Positions 12,279-24,085 of a stretch of 58,057 bases of DNA are shown here, piece after piece. The notes beneath the pieces are model-generated. The model did no database searches and was not told the DNA's origin. It saw only the letters and a list, made by a program, of their open reading frames with translations. The first letter of the stretch is position 1. The number at the start of each line of letters is the position of its first letter. The position numbers and the translations under genes were made by a program. The DNA is from Opitutales bacterium (GTDB lineage Bacteria; Verrucomicrobiota; Verrucomicrobiia; Opitutales; Coraliomargaritaceae): contig JBMYNR010000006.1 of the NCBI GenBank assembly GCA_049598495.1, positions 1 to 58,057 on the forward strand, in the 5' to 3' direction.

Positions 12279-13649
12279 CTACAGTCCGGGGAGATTTGTG
12301 GGGAGATCGCTCATCTGGCCACCTTCACCCATCTGTGCTTTCATCGCCTTCATCATCTTGCGGCCTTTGCCGCCGCGCATCATCTTCATCATTTTCTGCA
12401 TCTGGTTGAACTGCTTGAGTAGCGCGTTGACATCACGCACCTGCACGCCTGAACCGTTGGCGATACGTTTGAGTCGGCTGCCTCTAAGAAGTCTTGGCGC
12501 TCGCCTTTCCTGGATGGTCATCGACTGGATAATGGCCTCTGTCCGCGCCATTTTCTTCTCCTCTTCATCACCGACTTCGATACCGCTCATACCCGGCATC
12601 ATGCCCATAATCGAGCCGAGGGAGCCCATTTTCTTGACCTGCTGCATTTGCGCGAGGAAATCTTCCAGGTTAAAATCAGCCTTGCGCATTTTTTCAGCCA
12701 TGCGCTCCGCCTCGCCCTGGTCGATCGTCTCCTGCGCTTTTTCGACCAGTGACACGACGTCACCCATACCAAGGATACGAGACGCCATCCGATCTGGATG
12801 GAAGATGTCAAACTCGTCCGCCTTCTCCCCTGTGCCGATGAACTTGATAGGCACATTCGATATGGACTTCATAGACAGGGCAGCCCCGCCACGGGCGTCG
12901 CCGTCTAACTTAGTCAAAACGATACCCGTACAATCAACGGCTTCGTGAAAATGCTTGGCAACATTAACCGCCTCCTGACCGAGGGCCGCATCGGCAACGA
13001 GTAGAATCTCGTCCGGTTGAACGGCCGATTTTAGGCGTTTGATCTCCTCGATCAAATCCTCGTCAACCTGAAGCCGGCCGGCTGTATCGAAAATGATTAG
13101 ATTGGCTTCAGCCTGCTTGGCGGCATCGAGGCCTCGCTTACCGATGGTAACGACATCCTTTTCGTTACGGTCCCCATAGAAAGCACAGCCTTCGTTATTA
13201 GCGAGGGCTTCGAGTTGGTCGATTGCAGCAGGGCGATAGACATCACAGGCGACAAGTGCGGGACGGTAGTCGCGTTTCTTAGCCAAATAGCGAGCGAGCT
13301 TCCCGCTACTGGTCGTTTTGCCTGAACCGTGCAGGCCGACCATCATAATCCTAAGGGGCTTTTTATCCTCAAGATCAGTGGCACCTGCTCCCAGAAGTTT
13401 CACTAGTTCATCATTGATTATTTTGATGATCTGTTGCCCCGGAGTCACGGACTTAAGTACTTTTTGACCGATGCACTGCTCCTTGACCTGGGCAACAAAC
13501 TCACGGGCCACCTTAAAATGAACATCGGCAGAGAGCAGGGCCTGCCGCACTTCTTTGAGCGCATCAGCCATGTTCTCTTCGCTCAGTTTACCAACGCCGC
13601 GCAGGTTGCGAAGTGCGTTACCCAATTTATCTGTTAAACTCTCTAGCAT
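12279..13649 (-). CDS. ffh: signal recognition particle protein
   Basis: [28 protein letters not shown], Met-rich M domain, RIANGSG. Confidence 0.98.
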   Translation of the reverse strand: MLESLTDKLGNALRNLRGVGKLSEENMADALKEVRQALLSADVHFKVAREFVAQVKEQCIGQKVLKSVTPGQQIIKIINDELVKLLGAGATDLEDKKPLRIMMVGLHGSGKTTSSGKLARYLAKKRDYRPALVACDVYRPAAIDQLEALANNEGCAFYGDRNEKDVVTIGKRGLDAAKQAEANLIIFDTAGRLQVDEDLIEEIKRLKSAVQPDEILLVADAALGQEAVNVAKHFHEAVDCTGIVLTKLDGDARGGAALSMKSISNVPIKFIGTGEKADEFDIFHPDRMASRILGMGDVVSLVEKAQETIDQGEAERMAEKMRKADFNLEDFLAQMQQVKKMGSLGSIMGMMPGMSGIEVGDEEEKKMARTEAIIQSMTIQERRAPRLLRGSRLKRIANGSGVQVRDVNALLKQFNQMQKMMKMMRGGKGRKMMKAMKAQMGEGGQMSDLPTNLPGL

Positions 13650-13692
13650 ATTTGATTATGCTCTTGTGCCTAGCAGGCAAACAAGGGCTGGC

Positions 13693-13925
13693 AACGGGAA
13701 AGTGATGATTCTTCTCCGTCGATGGTCATCCTCACTTCCCGTTTTGTAGTCGTATACGTTTGGCGCTTCGTCGTCAAAACCGGGGCCGGGTAGCGCAAAC
13801 TACGACCATGCTTCCGCCATGCACGGCTCACAAGGGTATAAACTCCCGATCGGTCGTGTGCAGGGAGTCGGAATTTCTGACAGCATCAACGAGGTCGCGA
13901 GACCCTCCATGCAGCATCCTTTTTC
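13693..13925. ncRNA. candidate structured RNA of unknown class
   Basis: Three consecutive stem domains in a ~240-nt gap with no convincing ORF, including GGTC-GCGA-GACC (GNRA loop on +) and CTCCC/GGGAG; no family motif recognised. Confidence 0.3.
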
Positions 13926-13935
13926 TATACCCCAC

Positions 13936-13966
13936 AAAAAAGCCTTATGACGTATCACAAGGCCTT
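13936..13966 (-). terminator. intrinsic terminator after the acidic hypothetical gene
   Basis: Minus strand AGGCCTTGTGA-TACG-TCATAAGGCTT then TTTT; UACG tetraloop. Confidence 0.8.
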
Positions 13967-13986
13967 GGGTAAATTTTGCAAGCAAG

Positions 13987-14721
13987 CTACTTATTATTGT
14001 CCTGGTCGACCTCATCGGGCGGGGCGGTGGTTTCTTCGTATTCCTCCTCCTCTTCCTCTTCGTCCCACTTCATGGTTTCGTCCTCCTCGATCTTCTCGTT
14101 CGTGTCTGCATCTTCAACATCGGCAAGATCCTTTTCCAGTGCCTCGTCCTCCGATTTGGGCGTGACTTCTTCATCCTCGTCGAGTGCGAAGCCTTCGGGG
14201 ACGTATTCCAGGATGGACGTTAGTTCGGAGAAAAAATGGGTTGCTCGGCCCTCCATAAAGTCAGCATTTTGTGCCTCACGAATTTCATCCTCAAGTTCTT
14301 CCACCGTCAGTTGCTGGGAGAAGTCGATCAAGTCGTTCAACATCTTGACCCGAAGCTTGGTCAGATGATCGAGCAGGTCCGCGTAGGGCCCCTTTTCTTC
14401 ATCAAGCACATCGGGTAGGGCGAAGAGAGGGTCTTCGCATTCCAGGACACTATCTTCTATGCGCTTCAGGAGTACGGTTTTATCCTTCTCTACATTATCA
14501 ATTCCGAATGAATAGAAGGCATCATCGACAAGCTCATTTTGAAGACCGTAATCGGTAAGTGGCTCCATCAATTCAACAACGTGTTGAAACTGCCGTGGAT
14601 CAATGATTCCGAGTCCGTCGATGTCCCAGTGAATCGGATCACTGATCTCATTGATCCACCAGTTCATATCTTCGCCCAGTCGGGCTTTGCACCAAGTCAG
14701 TTTCGTAGTAGGTTTCGACAT
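13987..14721 (-). CDS. hypothetical, highly acidic protein
   Basis: ~244 aa from ATG 14721 (MSKPTTKL); D/E-rich C-terminus; followed by a terminator. Confidence 0.85.
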   Translation of the reverse strand: MSKPTTKLTWCKARLGEDMNWWINEISDPIHWDIDGLGIIDPRQFQHVVELMEPLTDYGLQNELVDDAFYSFGIDNVEKDKTVLLKRIEDSVLECEDPLFALPDVLDEEKGPYADLLDHLTKLRVKMLNDLIDFSQQLTVEELEDEIREAQNADFMEGRATHFFSELTSILEYVPEGFALDEDEEVTPKSEDEALEKDLADVEDADTNEKIEEDETMKWDEEEEEEEYEETTAPPDEVDQDNNK

Positions 14722-14911
14722 ACAATAAGGAGCCGTTCGGCGAAAAATAAAGGGAGTTGTGTGGCACCACATATTTTGGCGCCTTCTAGGGGTAAAAGCT
14801 CCCCATTCGGCTTTGTAAAGTGATTTGTCATAAATTTTTTCTCAGCGTCTTTTTCATTGTTTTGTTAAATGGCCACGTTAGGTTCGCCAATTTCAATAGA
14901 TACGCTTAAAT

Positions 14912-15976
14912 ATGGGATTTATTTACGAGAACCTTATACGCCCCGCGCTCTTCCGAATGGAACCGGAGCAGGCCCATGATCGCGGGCGCAATGCACTCAT
15001 GGCGATGGGCGCATTCCCCACGCTTTGTAAAATAATCCGCCACTACAATTTGGTAAAGGAGGACAAGCCAATCAAACTCTTTGGTCTTGAATTTGCCAAT
15101 CGAGTCGGGCTCGCCGCCGGCATGGATAAGGACGGTGAGTTTCCCCGTGCGATCGAGGCACTCGGCTTCGGACACGCGGAAGTCGGCACTGTTACACCGA
15201 AAGAGCAACCTGGGAATTCGCGACCAAGGCTGTTTCGCTATCCTGAGGCAAAGTCGCTCATCAACCGTATGGGCTTTAATAATAAGGGCGCTGAACACAT
15301 GCTCCGTGCACTCCAGAAAAACTACCCAAAGGGGAAGCGTGGCATGCCCGTTGGAGTTAATATCGGCAAGGCAAGGATCACACCCCTAGAGCAGGCGGTA
15401 GAGGACTACCTGACATGCTTTCAAATACTCGCAGATCAGGCCGATTATTTTACAATCAATATCAGCAGCCCGAATACACAGGGCTTACGCGACCTTCAAA
15501 GTGAGACTTACCTCCGAGATCTGTTAAAGACGCTCAAAGATGAAAATATGAGCTACGCGAAAAAACTTGGCCGTGCAGCACATCCGTTGCTCTTGAAGAT
15601 TGCGCCGGATCTAAATTACAGGGAGATCGATGGTATCCTCTCAGTGCTCTTAGATCTGGGATACGACGGTGTCATCGCTACGAACACAACGATTGCACGT
15701 CCGAGTGGATTTTTCAGCCCTGAAGCCGGTGGCCTTAGCGGTGGTGACTTCATCGCCAAACGTTCGAACGATGTGATTAACTACATCTATAAAGCGACGG
15801 AAGGGAAGCTGCCAATTATCGGTGTCGGCGGGATTGATTCGGTTGAATCTGCCGGCCAGAAGATTGATGCAGGCGCATCTCTCGTGCAGATCTATACGGG
15901 GTGGGTCTATCGAGGCCCCTTCTTTGCCCGCGAGCTTGCCAAAGCCCTGAAGTCGAAGGGCGAAGATTGGATCTAG
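14912..15976 (+). CDS. pyrD: quinone-dependent dihydroorotate dehydrogenase
   Basis: GLAAGMDK, INRMGFNN, NISSPNT, KIAPDL, ATNTT, GGLSG, IGVGGI. Confidence 0.97.
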   Translation: MGFIYENLIRPALFRMEPEQAHDRGRNALMAMGAFPTLCKIIRHYNLVKEDKPIKLFGLEFANRVGLAAGMDKDGEFPRAIEALGFGHAEVGTVTPKEQPGNSRPRLFRYPEAKSLINRMGFNNKGAEHMLRALQKNYPKGKRGMPVGVNIGKARITPLEQAVEDYLTCFQILADQADYFTINISSPNTQGLRDLQSETYLRDLLKTLKDENMSYAKKLGRAAHPLLLKIAPDLNYREIDGILSVLLDLGYDGVIATNTTIARPSGFFSPEAGGLSGGDFIAKRSNDVINYIYKATEGKLPIIGVGGIDSVESAGQKIDAGASLVQIYTGWVYRGPFFARELAKALKSKGEDWI

Positions 15977-15980
15977 AGAC

Positions 15981-17387
15981 CTAGGTGCTGTGAAGTGCGT
16001 TCCCGTCAACCGCGAGAGCTGCTTCCTTCATTGCTTCGCTTAACGTTGGGTGAGCATGTACCGTGCGCGCTAAATCCTCTGCGCTGCCGCCGTATTCCAT
16101 ATGAGTGACGGCAGATGCAATGAGTTCGGAAGCATTTTTGGCAATAACTTGGACACCTAGAATCCTATCCGTCTTTTTGCAGGCTATGACTTTTGCGAAA
16201 CCATCCGTTGCATCGGTAGCGATGGCACGTCCGTTGCCGGCAAAGTTGAATTTACCTGACTTGAACTCAATACCAGCCTCTCTAGCGGCAGCTTCTGTCA
16301 GTCCGACGCTGGCGATTTCGGGCTCGGTATAAATGACGTTCGGAATCACATCGTAATTCACGTGTCCCGCCTGTCCCGCGATAGACTCTACGCAGGCGAC
16401 AGCCTCTTCCTCGGCTTTATGAGCGAGCATAGGGCCGGGAATGACATCACCAATCGCAAAAATACCATCCGCCACAGTCTGAAAATGCTCACCGACGGGG
16501 ATACGGCCCTTCTCATCGGTCTCAATACCAACGGCCTCCAGTCCCAATAGATCGGTGTAGGGCTTACGGCCAACCGCAACAAGGATCTTATCAGCCTCAA
16601 TCTCCATCGTATCGTCGTTCTTCTCGACGGTGAGAATATGCTTTCCCTTCTCCTTCTTCGCACCTGTGACCTTGGTCTTCAGGTGAAAGCTAAGTCCCTG
16701 CTTCTTAAATAGGCGCTCGGCCATCTTTGAGACATCCTTATCGAAGCTCGGTGCAATATTCGGTAAAAACTCTACGACATCGACCCTCGCGCCGAGGCGT
16801 GCCCAGACAGAGCCAAGTTCGAGACCAATCGCACCCGCGCCAACGACAGCTAGTTTTTCCGGAACCTTGTCGAATGCAATAGCCTGATCACTGCTCACGA
16901 CAGCCTCGCCGTCGAATTTCAGGAAGGGCAGCTCGATGGACGCGGAGCCGGTGGCGATGATGATGTTCTTTCCGTGCAGCAAGGTCTCATCGTTGGCCTC
17001 CTTGACCCGCACTTGATCGCCGCCAGCTAGCATGCCAAGTCCCTTAAAAACCTTGATCTTGTTGGCCTTCATTAAATGTTGAACGCCCCCGCGCAGCTGA
17101 TCGACCGTTTTGTTCTTTTTCTCCATCAGCTTCGAAATGCTAATCGAGAGATTGGTTAGGTCGATGCCGTGGGCCTCGGCACCATGGCCCGCAAAGTGAT
17201 ACATCTCGGTTGAGTGCAAAAGCGCCTTGCTCGGGATACATCCGACGTTCAGACAAGTGCCGCCGAGGTGCTTGTCTTTTTCGACAATAGCGGTCTTGAG
17301 GCCGAGTTGAGCGCCGCGAATTGCAGCAACATAGCCTCCAGGGCCAGAGCCGATGACGACGAGATCAAAGTGGTTTTCTTCGGACAT
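15981..17387 (-). CDS. lpdA: dihydrolipoyl dehydrogenase
   Basis: [28 protein letters not shown]. Confidence 0.98.
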   Translation of the reverse strand: MSEENHFDLVVIGSGPGGYVAAIRGAQLGLKTAIVEKDKHLGGTCLNVGCIPSKALLHSTEMYHFAGHGAEAHGIDLTNLSISISKLMEKKNKTVDQLRGGVQHLMKANKIKVFKGLGMLAGGDQVRVKEANDETLLHGKNIIIATGSASIELPFLKFDGEAVVSSDQAIAFDKVPEKLAVVGAGAIGLELGSVWARLGARVDVVEFLPNIAPSFDKDVSKMAERLFKKQGLSFHLKTKVTGAKKEKGKHILTVEKNDDTMEIEADKILVAVGRKPYTDLLGLEAVGIETDEKGRIPVGEHFQTVADGIFAIGDVIPGPMLAHKAEEEAVACVESIAGQAGHVNYDVIPNVIYTEPEIASVGLTEAAAREAGIEFKSGKFNFAGNGRAIATDATDGFAKVIACKKTDRILGVQVIAKNASELIASAVTHMEYGGSAEDLARTVHAHPTLSEAMKEAALAVDGNALHST

Positions 17388-17412
17388 AAGGGAGATAATG
17401 AATGAGTGATAG

Positions 17413-18645
17413 CTAAATGCCGAATAAAAGCCGAGACGGGTCTTCGATCGCTTCCTTCACTTTGACTAAGAAGGTGACGGCTTCCTTGCCGTCGATCAAG
17501 CGATGGTCATAGCTTAGAGCCAGATACATCATCGGGCGCACTACAATCTCTCCGTTAACCACTACCGCCCGCTCGGTTATATTATGAAGTCCGAGTATCG
17601 CAGGCTGCGGATGGTTAACAATCGGTGTACTTAGCATCGAGCCGTAAATGCCACCATTGGAAATTGTGAAGACACCGCCTTCCAAATCGCTCATTTGAAT
17701 CTTACCCTCACGGGCTGCCTTCGCAAAGCCCACGATGTCGCTTTCGATTTCGGCGAATCCCTTCTGGTCGCATTCACGCAAAACAGGCACCATCAAACCT
17801 TTGTCCGTGCCCACGGCGACTCCGATGTCGTAGAAGTGGTGCGTGACAATTTCATTGCCCTCGATTCGCGCGTTGACCTGTGGCACGGCTTGAAGAGCGT
17901 GAGTGACGGCTTTCGTGAAGAAGGACATGAAGCCGAGCTTAATCCCGTGACGTTCAACAAACTTCTCTTGGTGTTCTTTGCGAAGCCGCATAACCGCGCT
18001 CATATCGACTTCGTTAAAGGTGGTCAGCATGGCCGCTTCCTGCGTCGCCATCACGAGACGCTCAGCAATCTTGCGACGCAGTGGACTCATCTTCTTTCGT
18101 GTTTCACGCTCGGCGACAGGCACAGCAGATTCACTTCCCGGATTGGGAGTGGGAGTGGATGAGGCGGGGCTTTGTGCCGCTTCCAGAATATCCCCCTTAG
18201 TCACACGGCCATCCTTGCCCGAACCCGAGATGTCTTTCACATCTACCCCGGTCTCGGCGGCAGCCTTGCGGGATGCTGGTGACAGCGTCGCTTCAGGATC
18301 AACCTTCGGCGCCGGGGTAGCCGCGGCAATTGGCGTTACCGCATCTGCGGGTCCGGGAACGGCAGCCTCAGCCGGCACTTCAGTTTCTGCTCTAGCTATA
18401 GCACCTTCAGCATTCTCATCAATTGTGGCCACGATCTGGCCGATTTCGACCTCTTCGTCAGCATCGACCTTGATTGAGATGACCCCACTCACTTCGGCGT
18501 TTGCCTCCGAGGTGATCTTGTCCGTTTCCAGTTCGTAGAGAACCTGATCTTTTTCGACGTAGTCACCGTCTTTGACATGCCATGCGGAGAGGATGCCACT
18601 ACTAATGGACTCACCCATTGCGGGAATTTTTACTTCGGTAGCCAT
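17413..18645 (-). CDS. sucB: 2-oxoglutarate dehydrogenase E2 (succinyltransferase)
   Basis: Lipoyl [26 protein letters not shown]. Confidence 0.97.
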   Translation of the reverse strand: MATEVKIPAMGESISSGILSAWHVKDGDYVEKDQVLYELETDKITSEANAEVSGVISIKVDADEEVEIGQIVATIDENAEGAIARAETEVPAEAAVPGPADAVTPIAAATPAPKVDPEATLSPASRKAAAETGVDVKDISGSGKDGRVTKGDILEAAQSPASSTPTPNPGSESAVPVAERETRKKMSPLRRKIAERLVMATQEAAMLTTFNEVDMSAVMRLRKEHQEKFVERHGIKLGFMSFFTKAVTHALQAVPQVNARIEGNEIVTHHFYDIGVAVGTDKGLMVPVLRECDQKGFAEIESDIVGFAKAAREGKIQMSDLEGGVFTISNGGIYGSMLSTPIVNHPQPAILGLHNITERAVVVNGEIVVRPMMYLALSYDHRLIDGKEAVTFLVKVKEAIEDPSRLLFGI

Positions 18646-18695
18646 TTTACAGAATCATGCTGATGTTAGTGAGTAAGAGAGGCGAGGTTCACAAC

Positions 18696-21434
18696 TTAGG
18701 CCATGAAGGCTTGGGCAATGATCTTAGCCTGTTCGTGTTTATGTAGGGCCAACGAGCCAACGGCCGGACTGGCCGATTCCTTGCGGCCGACGTAGCTGGG
18801 CACTTGTTTAATCGTTTCCATCAGGCGTGGAAACATGAAGCTCCAACCACCCATATTCTTGGGTTCTTCCTGGCACCAAACGATACTCTCTGCGTTGCGA
18901 TAGTTCGCCGTGATGCGTTTGAGCAGATCCTCGTTTAGCGGGTAGAACTGCTCGATCCGAACGATCGCGGTGTCGTCCAGTTTGTTGTCAATCCGGTAGG
19001 TGTTCAAATCGTAATAGATTTTACCTGAGCAGAATACCACTCGGTTTACCTTAGAATTTTCTGCCAGATCGTCGTCGAGAATAGACCAGAATTCATTGTC
19101 GGTAAAATCCTCCACCTTGGAGACGCAGTCCTTATGCCGAAGTAGGCTTTTGGGCGACATGATGATCAAGGGCTTCTTAAATTCACGCTTCATCTGCCTG
19201 CGTATAAGGTGAAAATACTGAGCCGGAGTGGTGATGTTGCAGACCTGTATATTGTTCTGCGCGCAGGCCTGCAGGAAACGCTCAAGGCGAGCGGAAGAGT
19301 GCTCAGGGCCTTGCCCTTCATAGCCATGTGGCAGTAGCATGACAAGCCCACTTAAGCGGCCCCATTTGGACTCACTACTCGTTATGAACTGGTCAATAAT
19401 CACCTGGGCACCGTTCACAAAGTCGCCGAATTGTGCCTCCCAAATGCACAGCATCTGGGGGTAATCAAGCGAGTAACCGTAATCAAATCCAAGCACTGCC
19501 GCTTCTGATAATAGCGAATTGTGCACGCAAAATTGAGCCTGCCCATCCTTTAAGTCGAGCAGGGGGACATACTTTTCCCGAGTCTGGATATCGTAGAGGA
19601 CTGAATGGCGATGGCTAAAAGTGCCACGCTCACAGTCCTGACCACTTAAACGAACAGGGGTGCCGTCTATCAGTAGACTGCCGAATGCCAATGCCTCTCC
19701 CATGCCCCAGTCGATTCCTGTGTTATCGATGAAGGCTTTTAGCTTCGCGTTGAGCTGTCGAAGAATCTTCCGATTCGCGTTAAAACCCTCCGGCACATAG
19801 GCAAGTTGCTCGGCGATGTGACGCAGTGATTCCACGGTTACGCTGGTATCAAAGCCCCTGAAACTATATGGTGGTTGCTTTTTCGCACTCGATTCAGCGA
19901 AAGGATCATGATCACGGTTTTCCTGCGCTTTGGCAGCTTCAAAGGCCGCATCGAGCCTTTGGTGGTAATCCTTCTCAATTGCGAGCACCTCAGCTTCGGT
20001 GAAATCTCCGACTTCAATCATCCGCCGAGCGAGTGCCCGCCCGATGCGGGGCATTTCCGATATTTTCTTGTAGAGTAGGGGTTGGGTGAAAGCGGGCTCA
20101 TCCGATTCATTATGGCCGTGCTTACGCCAACAATACATGTCAATCACCACGTCACAGCCAAAGGTCTGACGGTAGTCAAATGCCGCCTCGCAGGCCGCAA
20201 TCACCGCAAGTGGGTCATTTCCGTTCACATGAAAAATGGGCGCCTCTACGATCTTAGCTACGTCAGTGCAATAGCGACTCGATCGTGCGTCCGAGGGGTC
20301 GGTCGTGAAGCCGATTTGATTATTGATGACAATATGTATCGTACCACCCGTGCGGTAGCCCTTCAGTTGAGAAAAATTGAATACTTCGGCAACGATCCCT
20401 TGTCCGGCAATCGCGGCATCTCCATGAATCAAGACAGGCAGGACGCGCTTGCGATCCAGATCACCTCTTATTCGCTGCCGGGCCCGTGCTTTGCCCTCAA
20501 CAACCGCATCCACGGCTTCTAGATGGCTCGGGTTTGCTGCGAGACGAATTTCAACTTCACGACCTCCGCTTGTTTTTCTCTTCGTCTCAAAACCAAGATG
20601 ATATTTAACGTCGCCATCGCCGTGAATGGCGTCGGGAACATAATTCTCTGAAAATTCGCGAAAAATATAGTCGAGAGATTTTCCAAGAAAGTTGGCAAGG
20701 ACATTGAGTCGTCCACGGTGCGCCATACCCATGACGATTTCGTCCACCTCATTTTTATCACAGCGCTCAAAGATGCTCTCAAGGCAGGCAATCAGGGTTT
20801 CGCCGCCCTCCAGTGAAAATCTCTTTTGACCTACGTAGCGAGTTTGGAGGAAGTTTTCAAAGTCCTCCGCCTGGATGATGTTTCGGAGGATTCGATGCTT
20901 CTCTTCCTTGGAAAAACGCGGAATGAAACACTCCGGCTCGATCCGCGCCTGAATCCATCGGCGCTTAGGCGTCTCCTGGATGTGTATATATTCACATCCT
21001 ATCGTATGGCAGTAGGTTTTTTGCAGCCGATCGATTAACTCGCGGAGTGTCATTTCGGTACCACCTAAGTAATTGCCGGTATGAAAAAGGCGATCGAGGT
21101 CGGACTCATCAAAGCCCAAGCGTTCCAGTGTTAGACGGGGATTGGTCGGCACTTCGACTGTCAGTGGATTGAAGCCGGCAATTGTATGGCCGATTGACCG
21201 ATAGGCATAAATAAGCCCTATCGCCCGCGTCTGTTTGGTCGCATCGCTATCCGCTTGGGGCGGGGCGGCCTGACTTCTGTCGCCCTGAGGTCGGATCACA
21301 TCCTGTGCGAGCTCAAAGCCCTCGAAGAATGCGCGCCATTCGGAGTCGAGCAATTCAGGACTCGTGCGCCATATTTCGTAATTATCGTCGATCAAGTCGG
21401 CGTTCCAGCGATTCGCGATAGTCGTATGGGTCAT
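18696..21434 (-). CDS. sucA: 2-oxoglutarate dehydrogenase E1
   Basis: [53 protein letters not shown]. Confidence 0.98.
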   Translation of the reverse strand: MTHTTIANRWNADLIDDNYEIWRTSPELLDSEWRAFFEGFELAQDVIRPQGDRSQAAPPQADSDATKQTRAIGLIYAYRSIGHTIAGFNPLTVEVPTNPRLTLERLGFDESDLDRLFHTGNYLGGTEMTLRELIDRLQKTYCHTIGCEYIHIQETPKRRWIQARIEPECFIPRFSKEEKHRILRNIIQAEDFENFLQTRYVGQKRFSLEGGETLIACLESIFERCDKNEVDEIVMGMAHRGRLNVLANFLGKSLDYIFREFSENYVPDAIHGDGDVKYHLGFETKRKTSGGREVEIRLAANPSHLEAVDAVVEGKARARQRIRGDLDRKRVLPVLIHGDAAIAGQGIVAEVFNFSQLKGYRTGGTIHIVINNQIGFTTDPSDARSSRYCTDVAKIVEAPIFHVNGNDPLAVIAACEAAFDYRQTFGCDVVIDMYCWRKHGHNESDEPAFTQPLLYKKISEMPRIGRALARRMIEVGDFTEAEVLAIEKDYHQRLDAAFEAAKAQENRDHDPFAESSAKKQPPYSFRGFDTSVTVESLRHIAEQLAYVPEGFNANRKILRQLNAKLKAFIDNTGIDWGMGEALAFGSLLIDGTPVRLSGQDCERGTFSHRHSVLYDIQTREKYVPLLDLKDGQAQFCVHNSLLSEAAVLGFDYGYSLDYPQMLCIWEAQFGDFVNGAQVIIDQFITSSESKWGRLSGLVMLLPHGYEGQGPEHSSARLERFLQACAQNNIQVCNITTPAQYFHLIRRQMKREFKKPLIIMSPKSLLRHKDCVSKVEDFTDNEFWSILDDDLAENSKVNRVVFCSGKIYYDLNTYRIDNKLDDTAIVRIEQFYPLNEDLLKRITANYRNAESIVWCQEEPKNMGGWSFMFPRLMETIKQVPSYVGRKESASPAVGSLALHKHEQAKIIAQAFMA

Positions 21435-21697
21435 GCCACAATTCAGGTGATAAAAAAACAGATAACTACACGTATTAGCTAATCAAATATAAACGCCTTC
21501 GATCTGTTGTTATTCATATCGCTAATACTAGGGCGGCCCAAATCAAAGTATTCCTGTCGTTTTTCTCTTGATGTAAAGATATTTGAGAGGTGAGTCGGAA
21601 TGTTGAAATGGGGCGAGCCAACTGACTCCCAATGGGGTGCATGGTCGCTTACTCGGTGATCTTGATACCTATGAATTTTCAGGTAATAGGTGGACAG

Positions 21698-22600
21698 CTA
21701 AAGCACATTGCCCGTGTTGAATAGCAGCGCTGCATTGCTTCCGAGTATCGATTGGATGCAGCTTTCGCTAAGGCCCGACTCATTTCGAATCTGTTCGAGA
21801 AACCGACTCATGCGAGGTTGCTTATCCTGCTTCGGGTAAAGCCGAAGTGGAAAATCCGAACCGTAGAGAATCTTCCCCCGACCGACCATTTCAACTATTC
21901 TCTTAAATATATTGAGCTCGTAGAGAAGAGGGCTGGCCGCTGTATCATAAAAGACGTTCTTCAGGATGTTCCGCATATTGGAGTTCTGTTCGAAAAAAGG
22001 CAGGCCGCCGCCCCAATGCGCCAGTATTATCTTTAAGTTCGGCTGCGCCTTGGCCATATGGACAAACTCGACGAGAGGCGTTGGGATCGCCGAGGGGTGC
22101 TCCTGACCAGCCGCACCTGTTACGTGGAAACAGATCGGCCAGTCGTGTGCCGTGCACCATTCCAGCATTTCCAACCAGTGTTTGCGGTTTTTTCCGAGAC
22201 CTTGCACCCCAATATGTAGCTCGCCCACACCGCGAAACCCGAGAGACTCTGCGGCTTCGAGTTGTTTAATTACACTCTCGTTCGGAAGAATCGCGGCAAA
22301 TCCCAGGAGGCGTCCTGCCGATGCCTCCATCCACTCGGCCATGACTTCGTTGTGCCAGCGACAAGTGGCCTCATGCTCCCAATACCAGCCTTGTAGAACG
22401 GCCTGATCGACACCCGAAGCATCCATCGCCTCCAGCATACCCGAAATCGTTGACCAGCCTTGAATCGAGGGGCGTCCTTCGGGTGCGACTAAGTCCGCCC
22501 AGTGTGCTTCGTTCCTAGCGATGGCCCATGTGCGCGGATCCCCCGCGATCACCTGTGGGTAGGCGTGTGTATGGCAATCGATAATTGGAGGATTCGACAT
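21698..22600 (-). CDS. amidohydrolase family protein
   Basis: IDCHTH, ILAHWGGG, YDTAA, LYGSDFP. Confidence 0.88.
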   Translation of the reverse strand: MSNPPIIDCHTHAYPQVIAGDPRTWAIARNEAHWADLVAPEGRPSIQGWSTISGMLEAMDASGVDQAVLQGWYWEHEATCRWHNEVMAEWMEASAGRLLGFAAILPNESVIKQLEAAESLGFRGVGELHIGVQGLGKNRKHWLEMLEWCTAHDWPICFHVTGAAGQEHPSAIPTPLVEFVHMAKAQPNLKIILAHWGGGLPFFEQNSNMRNILKNVFYDTAASPLLYELNIFKRIVEMVGRGKILYGSDFPLRLYPKQDKQPRMSRFLEQIRNESGLSESCIQSILGSNAALLFNTGNVL

Positions 22601-22662
22601 AATGAATTCAAATTTTCATTTGAAGATTTCATAGGGTATAGTGCAATAAAGATAGCAACACG

Positions 22663-23475
22663 ATGCCTGAATTAGCTGAAGTCGAATACTACCGAAAACA
22701 ATGGCTTCCCGGAGAGAGGATGCGGGTGCGTGCAGTTTATTTGAATGCAGGCAAGCGTATCTTCCGAGGGGTGAATACGTCTATGCTTGCCAACAATCTC
22801 ACCGGACAGCGCCTCGAAAGTTCCTCTACGCATGGCAAGCAGATGTGCTTTCGCTTTGGCCAGTCACACTGGCTAGGAGTTCACCTCGGGATGACCGGAA
22901 CCATGCATGCGCGCGAAGCTTCAGTGACTCCTGCAAAGCACGATCACTTAATCTTGGCAATGGAGGAGGGATCTCAACTTGTTTTTAGCGACCCCAGAAT
23001 GTTTGGACGTATCCTTTATTCATATACGCCAGGAACTCCGGGATGGTGGTCTGATCTACCGCCGGAGATTTTATCAGATAGCTTTACGCTGGAGCATATG
23101 GCAGCCTTTTTCAAACGTCGCTGCAAATCACCGATCAAGGCGGTACTTCTCATCCAGGACTTCTTTCCCGGTGTTGGCAACTGGATGGCCGACGAAATTC
23201 TCTGGCGGGCACGCATCCATCCCGCCACGCATGCAGGACGTATTGGTCCATCCAAACAAGTTGTTCTATACGAATCAGTTCTTGAGGTTTGCCGAGACGC
23301 CTTACGTATTATTGGAGAGAATTGGAGCACGCCCCCGGATCACTGGTTATTTAATCATCGATGGAAGGGTGGTGGCGTCTGCCCGAAGACGGGAGCACCG
23401 TTATCCCGAGCGAAGATTGGTGGTCGTACCACCTGTTGGTCCTCCAAGTGGCAAAACTATCGCGGCGTGAAGTAG
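22663..23475 (+). CDS. Fpg/Nei family DNA glycosylase
   Basis: MPELAEVE, HGK, HLGMTG, DPRMFG, GVGNWMADEIL, GGRTT. Confidence 0.93.
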   Translation: MPELAEVEYYRKQWLPGERMRVRAVYLNAGKRIFRGVNTSMLANNLTGQRLESSSTHGKQMCFRFGQSHWLGVHLGMTGTMHAREASVTPAKHDHLILAMEEGSQLVFSDPRMFGRILYSYTPGTPGWWSDLPPEILSDSFTLEHMAAFFKRRCKSPIKAVLLIQDFFPGVGNWMADEILWRARIHPATHAGRIGPSKQVVLYESVLEVCRDALRIIGENWSTPPDHWLFNHRWKGGGVCPKTGAPLSRAKIGGRTTCWSSKWQNYRGVK

Positions 23476-23530
23476 ATTCGCTGCATTTTATGTTCGCGCA
23501 AATGCAGCTTCTGCTCGCACAATCTGAGCC

Positions 23531-24085
23531 TTGAGTAAGACGAAATCATTGCAACCGAATCTCTACCTTGTCGGATTCATGGGCGTTGGAAAGTCGGCAA
23601 TAGGCCGGCGTGCCGCCCGTGAGTTGGGCTTTCGCTTTATTGATTCAGACCAGGAGATCGAAAAAGTTGAAAATCGAACAATCCCCGAGATCTTTGAGCG
23701 GGATGGAGAGGCCCATTTCCGTGAACTTGAACGCAAGTTTATAGAAACAGGGCACCCCGATTCCAATTGTGTGATCTCATGTGGCGGTGGTCTTGTTGTT
23801 CAACCGGGAATGAAGGAGTTACTCAAAAGCAAGGGCGTTGTGATTTGTCTCTTCGCATCGCCCGAAAGCATTGTTGAGCGGACGAGTCGAAATAGGAACC
23901 GACCCTTACTCAACGTAGAAAACCCGGAAGCACGGGTCAGAGAGCTGCTCAAGGAGCGCGAACCTATTTATATGGATTCGGGAGCCTGCATCACGACTGA
24001 AAGGCGCACGATTCCGGAGGTAGTTCGGCATATGATCAGAACCTACCGCGCAAGTACGGGTAGCTTCAGGAAATCGCAGGCCTAA
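23531..24085 (+). CDS. aroK: shikimate kinase
   Basis: GFMGVGKS P-loop, DSD, GEAHFRELE, CGGG, RPLL; TTG start. Confidence 0.93.
   Translation: MSKTKSLQPNLYLVGFMGVGKSAIGRRAARELGFRFIDSDQEIEKVENRTIPEIFERDGEAHFRELERKFIETGHPDSNCVISCGGGLVVQPGMKELLKSKGVVICLFASPESIVERTSRNRNRPLLNVENPEARVRELLKEREPIYMDSGACITTERRTIPEVVRHMIRTYRASTGSFRKSQA

Noticed and set aside
13693..13925. SRP RNA, tmRNA, SAM-I riboswitch or group II intron identity
   Set aside because: It lacks SRP helix 8 (CAGG..GNRA..AGCA), tRNA-like ends, the SAM-I AUC/GCAACC core and a complete domain V.
13976..14368. Ser-rich plus-strand ORF
   Set aside because: It is the antisense shadow of the Glu/Asp-rich gene.
21472..21528. GTATTAGC/GCTAATAC inverted repeat upstream of sucA
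   Set aside because: An 8-bp match in an AT-rich spacer is plausibly chance.
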